A program made the position numbers and the translations under genes. DNA of 62,079 bases, filler included, from Jimgerdemannia flammicorona (taxonomy: Eukaryota): NCBI GenBank assembly GCA_003990765.1. It is 3 parts of 3 records of this genome, joined end to end, with 100 filler letters (N's around TTAATTAATTAA, not from the genome) between each part and the next. Parts side by side here need not be neighbours in the genome. Positions count along the whole stretch, not along the records: positions 20,732 to 41,360 come from RBNJ01001631.1; positions 41,461 to 62,079 come from RBNJ01001632.1; 1 more part is not named here. One strand, given 5' to 3'. This document shows positions 37,708-48,962 of this stretch, in pieces; position 1 is the first letter of the stretch; each line of letters begins with the position of its first letter. The notes under the pieces are model-generated. The model did not search any database, was not told the origin of the DNA, and saw only the letters and a list, made by a program, of their open reading frames with translations.

Positions 37708-39266
37708 TGTCATGTAGTGGTTGCTGAGTCCTTCAAATATGCCAGATTCTCTTCAAGATGTATCTCTTAGACTAACTCAAGTTTGTTATAAGTAAGTTCT
37801 TATTGGAGTGCATTCCCAAGGTCTTATAGTCCTCAAACTTCTTATCTTTAAACTGTCTTGTTATCTCTTAGATTGCTTGCAAGGAAGTGCGTATATTGCA
37901 CTGAGTTGACTGACTTTATTTCAGAGGAAATAAGAGGGGTATTTATACAAAATATAATTCAATAGTTGCTAAGATATAAAGCTAAATATAAATTCCAATA
38001 ACAAAAATAAAATGCCAGGACAGAAAAACTGCTAAGTTCCAGGGTCGGTACTAATGGTTGCACAGGTTCAGAATGCTGGTATAATTTAGTGTCACCTCAG
38101 AATGCCAGTGCTGGAACAATTCAGTGTCACCTCAGAATGCCAGTACTGAAACAATTCAGTGTTACCTCAGAATGCCAGTACTGGAACAATTCAGTATCAC
38201 AAAGAGTCTTAGAGCAGAATATTCAGGACCATGGGGGCTTCATCCTCATTGTCAGTGAAGGAGATGAGATCTGCAAATTCATCATCATTGCATAGGTTGC
38301 GTATTTCACATGCTTTGATATCACATGGGATGATGTTATTGCCAATGACATCATCATGTTCGGCAGTAGCAGGAAGGAGGTCCAGGGCTCTCCAGTCTAT
38401 GAGGTTCTCTTCTACAAAATAAGAAACAAATGTGGGGTATTGGGGAGGTCTAACCTAGATACTTGGGCCTTGGAATACTGAGATCAATCCTTGCAGGAAT
38501 TGGTCTGGGTTGTCCTGAAGGATAGGATGCTAGAAGTCTTCTACTTCATCACTATTGAGGGTAATAGTGGACTGGGCCTCTGTAGCCACTATGGTTTCTA
38601 GTGCATTGATATAGCAGGATGACAGGTCTCTGAAGTCTGAGACTCTAATATACTCCAAGTTGGAGATCAACCATAGTGCATACCTGAAGATCTGATGGAT
38701 CTTCTTAGCTATCCTTGCCTCACATATATCTATAGAAGTGGCATCTTATAGCTCTTGAGGGCTGGTCTGTGAGAACTCCCAGCAGAGGAAGTTTCCTATT
38801 TCGTACTTCTGCCACATTTAGAGGCATTCAGTAGCAATGGTGATCCATGTTTCCATTTCACAGTGGTAGAGAATATAGTCATAAGGGTCTGCAGTACCTA
38901 GGTTAACACTAGGAGTCCTTCTTGTGTTGGTCCCCATGACTCTTCTGATGTCTTGGAATATCCTTTCTTTAACTGAGATGTCTTGGTGGTTCCTTGATCT
39001 TGAGATTTGGTGAGTTGCAGGTATTTTGTTTGTGGTAAGTCTTTGAGCTATTTTGGAATTGGTGGGTCTTATTGGTTGCTGCTACTGCAGTTCCTTGATC
39101 CTTCTTTTATATTCCTCAAGATACTTATACTGTGATCACAATGACTCACAGTTGGTCATTATTGCTTATCTCATATACCATATGATCTTTTTGTGCTCTG
39201 ATCTGGTGACTTGTGAGGAAAGGCTGTCTTCTGTACTGATATCATTATTCTGGAGTCATCATTATA
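37708..39266 (-). repeat. 5' LTR of copy A (1559 bp)
   Basis: Termini TA(from TG)TAAT...TGACA; contains the U3 ORF (38209-39159), 35-nt tandem repeats (38083-38200), TATAAATA (37940-37947) and AATAAA (37915-37920). Confidence 0.93.
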
Positions 39267-40448
39267 ATAAATAGATAGAATTATAAGAATTAGTCTTCAG
39301 AGAACTCAAGTACTATATGACTATAGTACTAATCTCTATATAATCTAATCTATAGAGATCATTCATCTTATATACAGATACTTCTAAAGACAGCCTTAGA
39401 GCAGTTCTAGTCTAAGAAAGACCTGATCAGTAGTATTATATAATAACTTATACAAGCTAAACTACTAACTAGTAGCAAACTAATTATAGTAACACAAAAC
39501 TAGAATATCTTATAGTTATATAGATAGTCACTCTGTTCAAATACTATTCTATCGGAAAAAAGTTTACTGTGATAATTGATCATACTGCTCTCAAATAGCT
39601 ATTTAACTATAAAGAACCTACTGAAATTCTAGCCTACTGGTTCCTTATTCTATAGAATTACAAAATTACCATTATTTATAAAGTAGAAAAAGCTCATAAT
39701 AATGTTAATATACTTTTCTATCAACTCTAATGAATTAGAAGAAGAGTATACTAAAGAACTACATCTTAAAGAAAACTCCTATAACTATCAAAGTATAAGA
39801 AGACCTCATTTAAAAAGAACACCAGAAAGCTCATTAGAGACAAATAAATATAAAAGAAAAACTATAAATAATACATCAATATTAGCTCAATCTCAGAATA
39901 TAAGTTAGAGGTATACTCAAGAAATGTGATACCTATCAGAAGTACTAAGAAAAGAAAATTATCAAGCACTACTATAACTAATTATATCACTAGACAATAT
40001 CTTTCAGAGATAGAGTATAGATATTATTAGACTACTGTCAGTTATATCAAGAAAGAACAAATATATTCTTATATTTATAGAATATCTGACTAAATATATC
40101 GAAGCTTTTTTAATAAAAATTATATATATCTTGATCATTATTGGTCTCCTCTATAACCTCACAATTAGATATAAACCTCTAACAGAACTTATTTCTGACT
40201 GAGATACAGAATTTATTAATAATAAAATTATGGATTATATATGCTTAAATTTACAAAATCTATCTCAAATAAACTATATTATACTACTCTCAAATCAATA
40301 GTATGATAGAACAAATAAAACAAACCATTAAGAAAGAACTTACTCAAGTCAATTCTACTAACTGAGACCTCTGCTAATCTGAGATTCTATGGAAAATTCA
40401 GAACATCCCTATTATCTCTACTAAATAAAAGCTATTCAAAATAATATT

Positions 40449-40532
<84 letters not shown>

Positions 40533-40918
40533 GAACTACTGATTATGAGAACCTTTGAAACCTCCTCTAAAAGGCAGAACAATTATATAATCAAGCCTGA
40601 GCTCAGATAATTAAGACTCAAAAAAGACAAAAGAAGTTCTATAACTAGAAGTAGAAAGATTAGAAGATTAAGATTAGAGATCAAGTATACTAGTCTGGAG
40701 AAATAAACTTTGCTACCAAACTGAAGTCCAAATAGAAAGAACTCTATTTTGTACACAATATTAGAGAAACCAGTATCTATATAAGAAGTATGGATAGATA
40801 TACCCTGAGGATCTCAGTTTATATCAACTATCTCAAGAAATACTTACTCCTATATAATAGTTTAGAGAATTGACCAGTATCTCCAGATCCTCTGAAGAAC
40901 AGGAATAAGACCTAGAAT
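39267..40918 (+). mobile_element. Old Ty3/Gypsy relic, right part (RNase H and integrase)
   Basis: FILYTDTS, LRAVL, FTVIIDHTALK, HNNVNIL, SIDIIRLL, YILIFIEYLTKYIEAF and a GPY/F-like tail. Same orientation and decay level as 21400-23751. A 77-nt A run sits at 40453-40529. Confidence 0.8.
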
Positions 40919-41360
40919 TAGTGCTCCGAACGAATGGAGTTGATCCGGGTGAGATTCGATTCAGATTCGTCATGTGATGGATTCGAATCAACTCGGATTG
41001 GTCTCGTGATCTGATCCGGATTGATCCGGATTGATCCGGATTGATCCATCCGGATTGATCCATCCGGATTGATCCATCCGGATGATCCATCCGGATGATC
41101 CATCCGGATGATCCATCCGGATTGACCCATCCGGATTGATCCATTCAGATTGAAATCTTTGGTGACGTCACCCTTTCTTTTGTTCATTTCGCTCTTGTTT
41201 TTTTTTCTGCCGCACTTTGGTGACATCACCCTATCCTTTGTTCCCTCTCTTTTCTTTGTTCTTTTTCTTTGTTCTTTCCTGCCGCATCACGAGCAAACAA
41301 AACAGCAGCCCTAAATTCGTACGTTGGTCCAGTCTACTCATTTTTCACCCTGCAATGATC
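40919..41360. mobile_element. Unmutated end of a probable hAT-type DNA transposon with GATCCGGATT subterminal repeats, cut by the gap
   Basis: Abrupt switch to CpG-rich sequence at TAGTGCTCCGAACGAAT; GATTCGATTC motifs; tandem 10-14-nt (GATCC(ATCC)GGAT(T))n at ~41011-41150. The other end is not visible. Confidence 0.5.
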
Positions 41361-41460
41361 NNNNNNNNNNNNNNNNNNNNNNNNNNNNNNNNNNNNNNNN
41401 NNNNTTAATTAATTAANNNNNNNNNNNNNNNNNNNNNNNNNNNNNNNNNNNNNNNNNNNN
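41361..41460. other. Assembly gap/linker
   Basis: N44-TTAATTAATTAA-N44. Confidence 0.97.
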
Positions 41461-41629
41461 AAAAAAAAAAAAAATCACCATATGCCCACCACTCTGTGTA
41501 CAGATCCCTTCCACCAGACCACAATGTCACCCACCCTGGGGACCCCTATGGGAAGCTCTACACACTCACCACATGCAAGTATCCATGTCAAATAGGTTCC
41601 ACCTAAAATCACAGCTATTCAATATATGA

Positions 41630-44600
41630 ATAAAGCCTAAGGAATACATCTGCAATTATACCAATCATATTGACAACCTGGTGAATGAGGTGAATTCTAT
41701 CAGCACATTAATAGATTGTATTAGAGATGAAGATAAGGTCCTAGTGTTCACAAGAGGTCTTCTGGAGGCATATAATGTAGTCATTGCTGCCATATATGAG
41801 AGTAGAAGTCTCATAAACTATACTCAGGTGATTATGAGCCTCATGAATGAGGAAATGTGCTAAGAAAACAGTTCTAACAGTGCCAAAGATGACAAAAGGG
41901 CATTCTACAGGTCTCACAGATACAGATTCAGCAGCAAATGAGGTCCAAAGCACTAGCAGAGCCAAAGAGGAGAAACCTAAACCCAAAATCAATATGATAG
42001 TAGCCAATTAGATAAGATTGATGGGTATTACTACTACTGTAGCAAGTATGGACATATGCAGTGTGATTGCTATTGTAAAGATAAGGAAAGTGGTAAAAAT
42101 GAAAATAAGCAAGAAAAAGAAAAGTATAGAGAAAATCATAGTAAAGAGAAATGTGACAATACAAATATTGTCAAAACTGATAAAAGTGATGATCTACTTT
42201 TTACACAAGATGTCAGTTCTACTGCTAATCTCACCTCCATATCTATGAAATCTGGTCAGAAGGATGACAATTTTGGACCAAAAAGTTCTGCCAATTCTGC
42301 CAGCACAAGTTCTGCCAAATCTACCACAAGCACCAATTCTACTGTCAGTAGTGTGAGATCTATGGAAAGATCTACCACTAATCCGTCATCTATAACTAGT
42401 CAGCAAAATACTTTTGAGCCAACAAAAAGTAGTGATGTCAGCAATCCTAGTGTGGATAGAATAATTAACTATATACTGAGTGAATATACTAATACAGTCA
42501 ATGATAACAATATCTGGCTTATAGATTTAGGAGCCACACAACATATGATAGCCCACCAGGAGTAGTTCTCTATATATGAGTCATTTAAACACCTGGTGCC
42601 TATCAAACTGGGAAATAACAATGTGATATATGCCCAAGATAAAGGAAATATTGAGATATATCTCTATAGGAATGTCATCAAGACTGCAGCCATACTTGAG
42701 GACATACTATATACTCCAGAGATAGGAAAGAATCTCTTCTCCATAGGTAAGATGATGGCTCGAGACAATAAGAAGATATACATACATCTAAAAGACACAA
42801 CCATATATGGCCTATATGGTAATAAACACAACAAGATGTTGATAACAGCCTCAAAGTAAGGTAATCTATATATGATCAATGATATACTGAATAGAGCAAA
42901 AGCCTTTACATATGACAACAACTATATATGATGCATACAATATATGGCATAAATGTTTGGGGTACATTGGCAAATCAAGCCTTGAATGGATGATCAGGAA
43001 CAGCTCAGTGAGTAGATTGCCAGCATATCATGACAAATAAGGCATTCTGATATCCATTTGAAGAATGATGAAAGTACACCTCAGGGATCCTAGATCTCAT
43101 CCACACCAATATATGTGGACTGATGCATATAGTATCACATTCTGGCAAGAGATATTTCCTTACATTTATTGACAATAATATGTGTAAGATATATGTATAT
43201 CTTCTATTGGTGAAAAGTGAAGCCTTGGAGAAATTCAAAGAATTTAAAGTGATCACTGAGAATAGAACAGGATGTAGAATATATACTATATACTTAGACA
43301 ATGACCAGGAGTACATAAATGGCCAATTTAGGCAATTCTTGATGAAATATGGTATATGCCATCAGACAACAGCTTCCTATATACCTTAGCAAAATGGCAT
43401 GGCTGAGTGATTTAACCATATAGTCATAGAAATAGTACATATGATGATTAATGCAACTGGATTAGAATACTCCTATTGAGAAGAAGCTGTGAATATAGTG
43501 ATATATATTCATAACTGGTGTGTATTTTAATTATTAAGCAAGGATTTCAGTAATAAGCATTCCAGAGATACTGATTGTACCCCCAAGGAATTATGAAGTG
43601 GAATAAAGCTGGATATATCCCATCTATATATATTCAGTTGCAAGGCATATGTTCTCAACAAAAGCAATATTAACCAGTATAAATTTGAGTCAAAGGTAAG
43701 CAAGCACATCCTTCTAGGATATAGTGAGAGATTATATAGGCTCTGGAATCTGCATACAAGATATGTGGTGATCTTGCATGATGTATAGTTCTGAGAAAAG
43801 AGAGATTTGGAATATATGGAAGTACAGGTCAAGACCTCTATATTCCAGTCAGTGCAACTGTCACCAATATCTTGAAAGGCTCAAGTAGTGAATCAAAATT
43901 ATTATTAACCACTGTATGAGCTCAAGCCAATGTTACCTGAAGAACCAGAAGTAACAGAGATCAAAGATAACAGTAAATCCTCTGACAATGAGGAAATCAA
44001 AGGAAAGGACAAACAAAAGCCAAAGCATAAGCTCAGGAACAAAATGTATTCCAACTTAAGGAGTTATTGAGATGCACCAGCAAGCCCCAGGTAGTAATAT
44101 AAGGATCACATGAGCTATGCTTAAGTGTATAAATATATATATATAGCTACATCTGGAGAGCCACACATATGATGAGGCTATGTAATACTCAGATAGCAAG
44201 AAATAGGAATATATGATAGATGAGAAATACAATTCACTTATCAAGAATAGTATCTGGGATCTGGTACCTCTTCTGCCAAACTATCAAGCAATAGGATCCA
44301 AGTAGGTATATAGGATAAAGTGTAATGCTGATAGAAATGTAGAGTGATATAAGGCTTGTTTTGTAGCTAAGGGTTATTCGCAGAATTATGACATAGACTA
44401 TAATGAAACATTTTTACCTGTATTCAAGCTTACTTCCTTAGAATACTCCTTGTGATTGGTATGCTATATGACCTAGAGATCTATCAAATGTATATGAAGA
44501 TGGCATTTCTGAATAGTGATGTAGACACTGAACTATATATCTATCAACTGCAAGGATACTAAAATGGTGAAAAACTCATATACAAATTATACAAGAGACT

Positions 44601-46201
44601 ATATGACATCAAACAAGCAGTACAATTATGGAACAAAAGGATCAATAAACATCTCCTTAATAATGAGTTCACATATTGTAAAGTGGATAATTATGTATAT
44701 GTCTGATATTATGACAATAGTATAGTATTCATTGGCATATGGGTGGATGATATTATCATTATTGCTAGCAAGAATAGGCTTAATAAAGTGAAAGAAACTC
44801 TATGCTGAGAATTCAAGATAACTGACATAGGTAATATGATCTTTCTTTTGAGAATATCAATTACACATAATAGAAGCACATATGCCATATATCTCTTACA
44901 AGAAATATATGCCAAAACCATCCTCAAAAGATTCAATATGAGTGAATGCAAGTCTATTAGCACTCTAATAGAGACTTCTGTGAAGTTAAGAAAGCCCAAT
45001 ACTATACTCAAACTCACTGACAACATTCCCTATTGATAAGCAGTTGATTCTCTCATATATCTCATACTTTGAATGAGATCTGATATATCCTACACCATCA
45101 ATAAGATAGTATAGTATTACTCATACTATGACAACTTGTATTAGATAGCAATCAAGAGAATTTTCAGATACTTAAAGAGGTCAGCATACTATATACTTAT
45201 GTTGGGTGGTGACATTGGATTGAGTGAGAGTAACAGTAAGAGTAACAGTAATAGCAATGGCAATAGTATCTGGCTATCTGGTATATATGATACCAATTGG
45301 GCTAGAGACTTAGATGATTGCCAGTCTATAACTAGGTATCTCTTTCATATTGGTATAAATGAAGATAAAGGGTCTGTCATTTCATGGCAAATACATAAGC
45401 AGAGTTCTGTGGTGATATCATCAATGTAGGCAGAGTACTAGACATTGTTATTAGTAACAAAGGAGGCTGTTTAGCTCTACAAACTATTAAAAGAACTCAG
45501 CTTCACTCAGGAACAGAACTCTACACTAATCAGGCAAGACAACCAATCAATGATAGTACTTACCAAGAATCTGGTACACTATAGCAGAATTAAATATATC
45601 AATATACTCCATTATTTCATTTGGAAATATATAGAGTATGGGAGTATATACTTAGAATACATCTCCATGGAATATATAATTGCTGATTCACTTATGAAAG
45701 CCCTTCTAAAGCTGAAGTTCAAGCTATGCACCAAAGGAATGGGTCTTACAAGCAGGTTACAAGACTTTTCAGGCTGTTAAAAGTCTCTTATACTATATTG
45801 AAATATGTTGGTTACATCTCTCATCTATGAGTGGATTACATATATTAGATTCTTCACTTATAGGTAAGTTATAATACATTTCTGTAGATATTATGGGCAT
45901 TTTTCAAAACACTTTTCAACTTGTGAAAATTTCTTAGTTGTAGGATTTTCTAGTTATAATCTGGGTTATATGTAGTTCTAGTCTTTTGCATGTAGCTTTT
46001 TGTCTATTTTGCATTTATTTTTTTTTTAGTACATATCTCCTTGAGCGAGAGTGTTGAGATATGACAACTCAATATATATAATGTCATCCATAAAAGACAT
46101 TACTAATCAGTGCAATCAGTATATGTAAATTCACATTATATGTATTATCCAATAAATTACTGCCTCTTCACCATATCCCAAAGGAGTACTATTATACAAC
46201 A
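41630..46201 (+). mobile_element. Ty1/Copia LTR retrotransposon, degenerate, 5' end missing
   Basis: Degenerate gag knuckle YYYCSKYGHMQCDC, PR WLIDLGATQHM, IN (IHTNICG, YFLTFID, DNDQEY, QNGMAE), RT (FVAKGYSQ, WVDDII), RNase H (TNWARDLDD, ADSLMKAL) in Copia order; PPT-like GAGCGAGAG; 3' LTR 46052-46201 with TGTTG...CAACA ends. Confidence 0.92.
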
Positions 46202-47140
46202 CAATTCTCTAAGATTATCTTTATTCTTATAATAGATTTCTGAGCCTTATAGTAGATCTCATTTTCTGTATACTTTTCAATAAGCTAATGGATTATGGCT
46301 TTATACTCTGTCAGCCAAGTTGGTACTATATTGATGGCTGCTCTAAGATCTGAATGTAGATCATTTCTTGCTCAGATAAAAATTCCTATAGCTGACTCTT
46401 TAAGTTGGGCCTTGTAGATAACAACTTTTCTTTGAAAGAAAGGTTCTTCAGAGCTATAATTCCTTTAATTTCATTAAGAAATTCTCTTGGGTCTTCTTCT
46501 GGGTATCCTGCAAAGATTGACAATGGGGTGACTATTTCATCATCACTGTCTTCTGACTCTGGTTCTGATTCTGGTTCTGATTTTAATTCCAATTTTGATT
46601 CTAATTTACTCTCTGAATTGTTACTAGAGTTTAGAATACTTAAGTATTCTGATAATAGTGTTGGAGATCTTGGGTAAGGTAGAATAGGTCTAAGTATCCT
46701 TGAAGGAGCTACTCTCTGGTCTTTTTGTTCTGTGATAGCTAGTAGTAAAAATTCAATAGGTGAAATTGATAGATCTCCTGCAGAAAGTTGGACTTGTACA
46801 ATGAGATCTTTTAGTTCTTAAGCAATTTAGTCAAAGTTAGTAGCAGGGCTGTTTGTATAATCTGGTTGGTCTGGTAGAAAGTCTGTTGATACTGGCTGAG
46901 GATTCTATACTATACTGGCTTTCTGTTGAGATCCTTCTAATACTGAGTAATTAGCAATTCTTGAAGTAATTACTTCTCTTCCTGTCTAGATACTAGTAAT
47001 TACTAGTTCTCCTATAGTAACAGGGATTGGTGTTATATCAAATATATTTAGTTTGACTATAGGATCTTGGAAGCTGAAAAGTTACATTAATTTTGAGTAT
47101 AAATTTCGAAAATCATCTCAGTTGAGCTCCTAAATATAAC
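46202..47140 (-). mobile_element. Another Gypsy-type relic (PBS and gag N-terminus) hosting the Copia insertion
   Basis: Gag-like LSIFAGYPEEDPREFLNEI (46386-46592); LTR-end-like TGTTATA followed by TAGGAGCTCAACTGAGAT (47132-47115), a degenerate tRNA-Pro-type PBS. The LTR probably extends rightwards. Confidence 0.55.
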
Positions 47141-48962
47141 ATACCCAGCTCAATGAAGTCAAAAAGCAATAAAATATTTTATAATTCCTGGGGTCCTTAG
47201 TATTTAGTGGTATATATAATAGTTAAAGCTAGATATCTGTAAGTGATTCTGATAATTTCCTTATTAGAATAGTTCTCAGGTATAGTAGTGATTTGATAAT
47301 TTCAGTAAGTGATCTTTGTATAGCATAATATTCTCTGTATAGTGTGAGTGAGTTCCTTATATAATTTCTATATAATAATCTTATATAGTATAATAATTTT
47401 CAAAAATATATGATTTCTAATAGAATGATCTTGGAAGTATTCTATATTTGGTAGAAAACTTAGTTTGGTATAGATAACTTAGTTTGATACAGATTCTCCT
47501 GAACCAGTGACTCTCTGGGAATATTGGAGAACTTAATAACTCAAATAACTAGATTGGTAGAAAACTCAAAAATAGTAGATGATATAGATTCTTCCTGAAT
47601 TAGCAGGCTTCTGGAAAATAACTCAGATTGTATAAATCTTAGTAAGTTACATTAAAGACTGGCTTTATTTGTGCAAGGTTATATTATAGACTAGCTCTAC
47701 TATAAAGTTACATCAGAAGACTGATTTGTAATAAGATTTCTTAAAGTAGATTCTCTGGGAATAGTGGGTTCTTCTCTGGGAATTAACTCAGATTCTCTTC
47801 AGGCTTATTTAGCAAGTAAACCAAAATATAACAAACTCTTCTTTATATCAAAAAATAGACTGGAGTAGAAAGTAAGCTCATAATCTCCTAGCAGTAGCTT
47901 TAGAATTCCTCTCAAAGTATAGTAGGCAGACTTATTTTTTGCTTTTAAACTTTTTGAACTGAGGTTTATTCACTCTTATCTCTGAGGTATTTTATATAAT
48001 CTGGTTGCTATATAGCTAATTATAGATAACTATCTATAGCAAGTATTTCTAGATAGTATATATACTGGTTCAGTACAGATAAATATACTATTTCTAGTAT
48101 ATTTGGCTAATTATACAGATTGGTACAGTAAAGCAGTCTTGGTTACTTAGTATACTAGATATAATATGTGGCTAATTTATACTTTTGGTAGTATAGTTAT
48201 ACTACTTATCACAATATTAATAAAATTATAGACTAATTTAGTTTTGTGATATCATAAGTACTAATAGTCTATTTCTAGATATAACTATAGTATATAATAT
48301 TAGTGAGATTATATACTAAACTAATACTAAAGCTAGTATGACTATATAATATTATAAGTTGAAATTAGTGTGAAATTATTATAATCTTATTAATATTTCT
48401 GAATCTTATAGCATATAATCCTACTGGTAATATAAATCTGATGATATTATATTTGGTAATATCATCTTTATAATATTAGGTTGTAATTTTATTATATTAC
48501 TACTATTGCAAACTTCTAAGTAACTTTAGTCTAGATTTTCTTCTCTCTAATCTCTTAAAGTCTATTAATTTCTAACTTATTATTTCTTCAAAACTTAATA
48601 GATTTCAATAAAACAGTATTAAAAGAAAAGTAGACTTATATATACTATATCTAGATACTAGAGAAGATAAAGTAATATAGTTTTTTCTCTACTATTATAT
48701 TAGTTACAAGATTCAATAAGTAATTAGCTAAGTCTTCTTTCTCTAACTTACAATCTCTCTACTTCAATATAGTTTACTATACTTATTGTAAGATAGTAAG
48801 AAGAAGACAATAGTGATAGATTGCCTCTTTATTAATATTGAATTAGTGTTTTTTTTCTTCTTTTTATTAGTTTCTAATACTACTGGCTATATCTAGTATA
48901 TATTTATTTTGATACAGTATCTTCTTTCTTTTACTATCATCAATAAGATATCATCTTGATAT

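Larger units (their letters stand above)
30547..39266 (-). mobile_element. Ty3/Gypsy LTR retrotransposon with dUTPase and long ORF-bearing LTRs, copy A
   Basis: Two LTRs (37708-39266, 30547-32015), PBS, PPT, and gag(CCHC)-PR-dUTPase-RT-RNaseH-IN order. Confidence 0.95.

Noticed and set aside
37705..37713. gag start codon inside the LTR end, reading through the PBS
   Set aside because: It is in frame in both copies, but CATG/TATG could derive from ancestral CGTG by CpG decay. This cannot be decided from two mutated copies.
40453..40529. 77-nt poly(A) within the old integrase as a tail-only retroposition
   Set aside because: No TSD or LINE 3' motif adjacent; homopolymer expansion or sequencing error is equally likely.
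40833..41229. ORFs with (MDQSG/WINPDG) repeats
   Set aside because: Translations of the GATCCGGATT tandem repeat.
41159..41231. TGGTGAC(G/A)TCACC palindromes (ATF/CREB-like), with a similar motif near 57845
   Set aside because: Short motifs with no assignable target gene; the first two lie in a probable transposon end cut by the gap.
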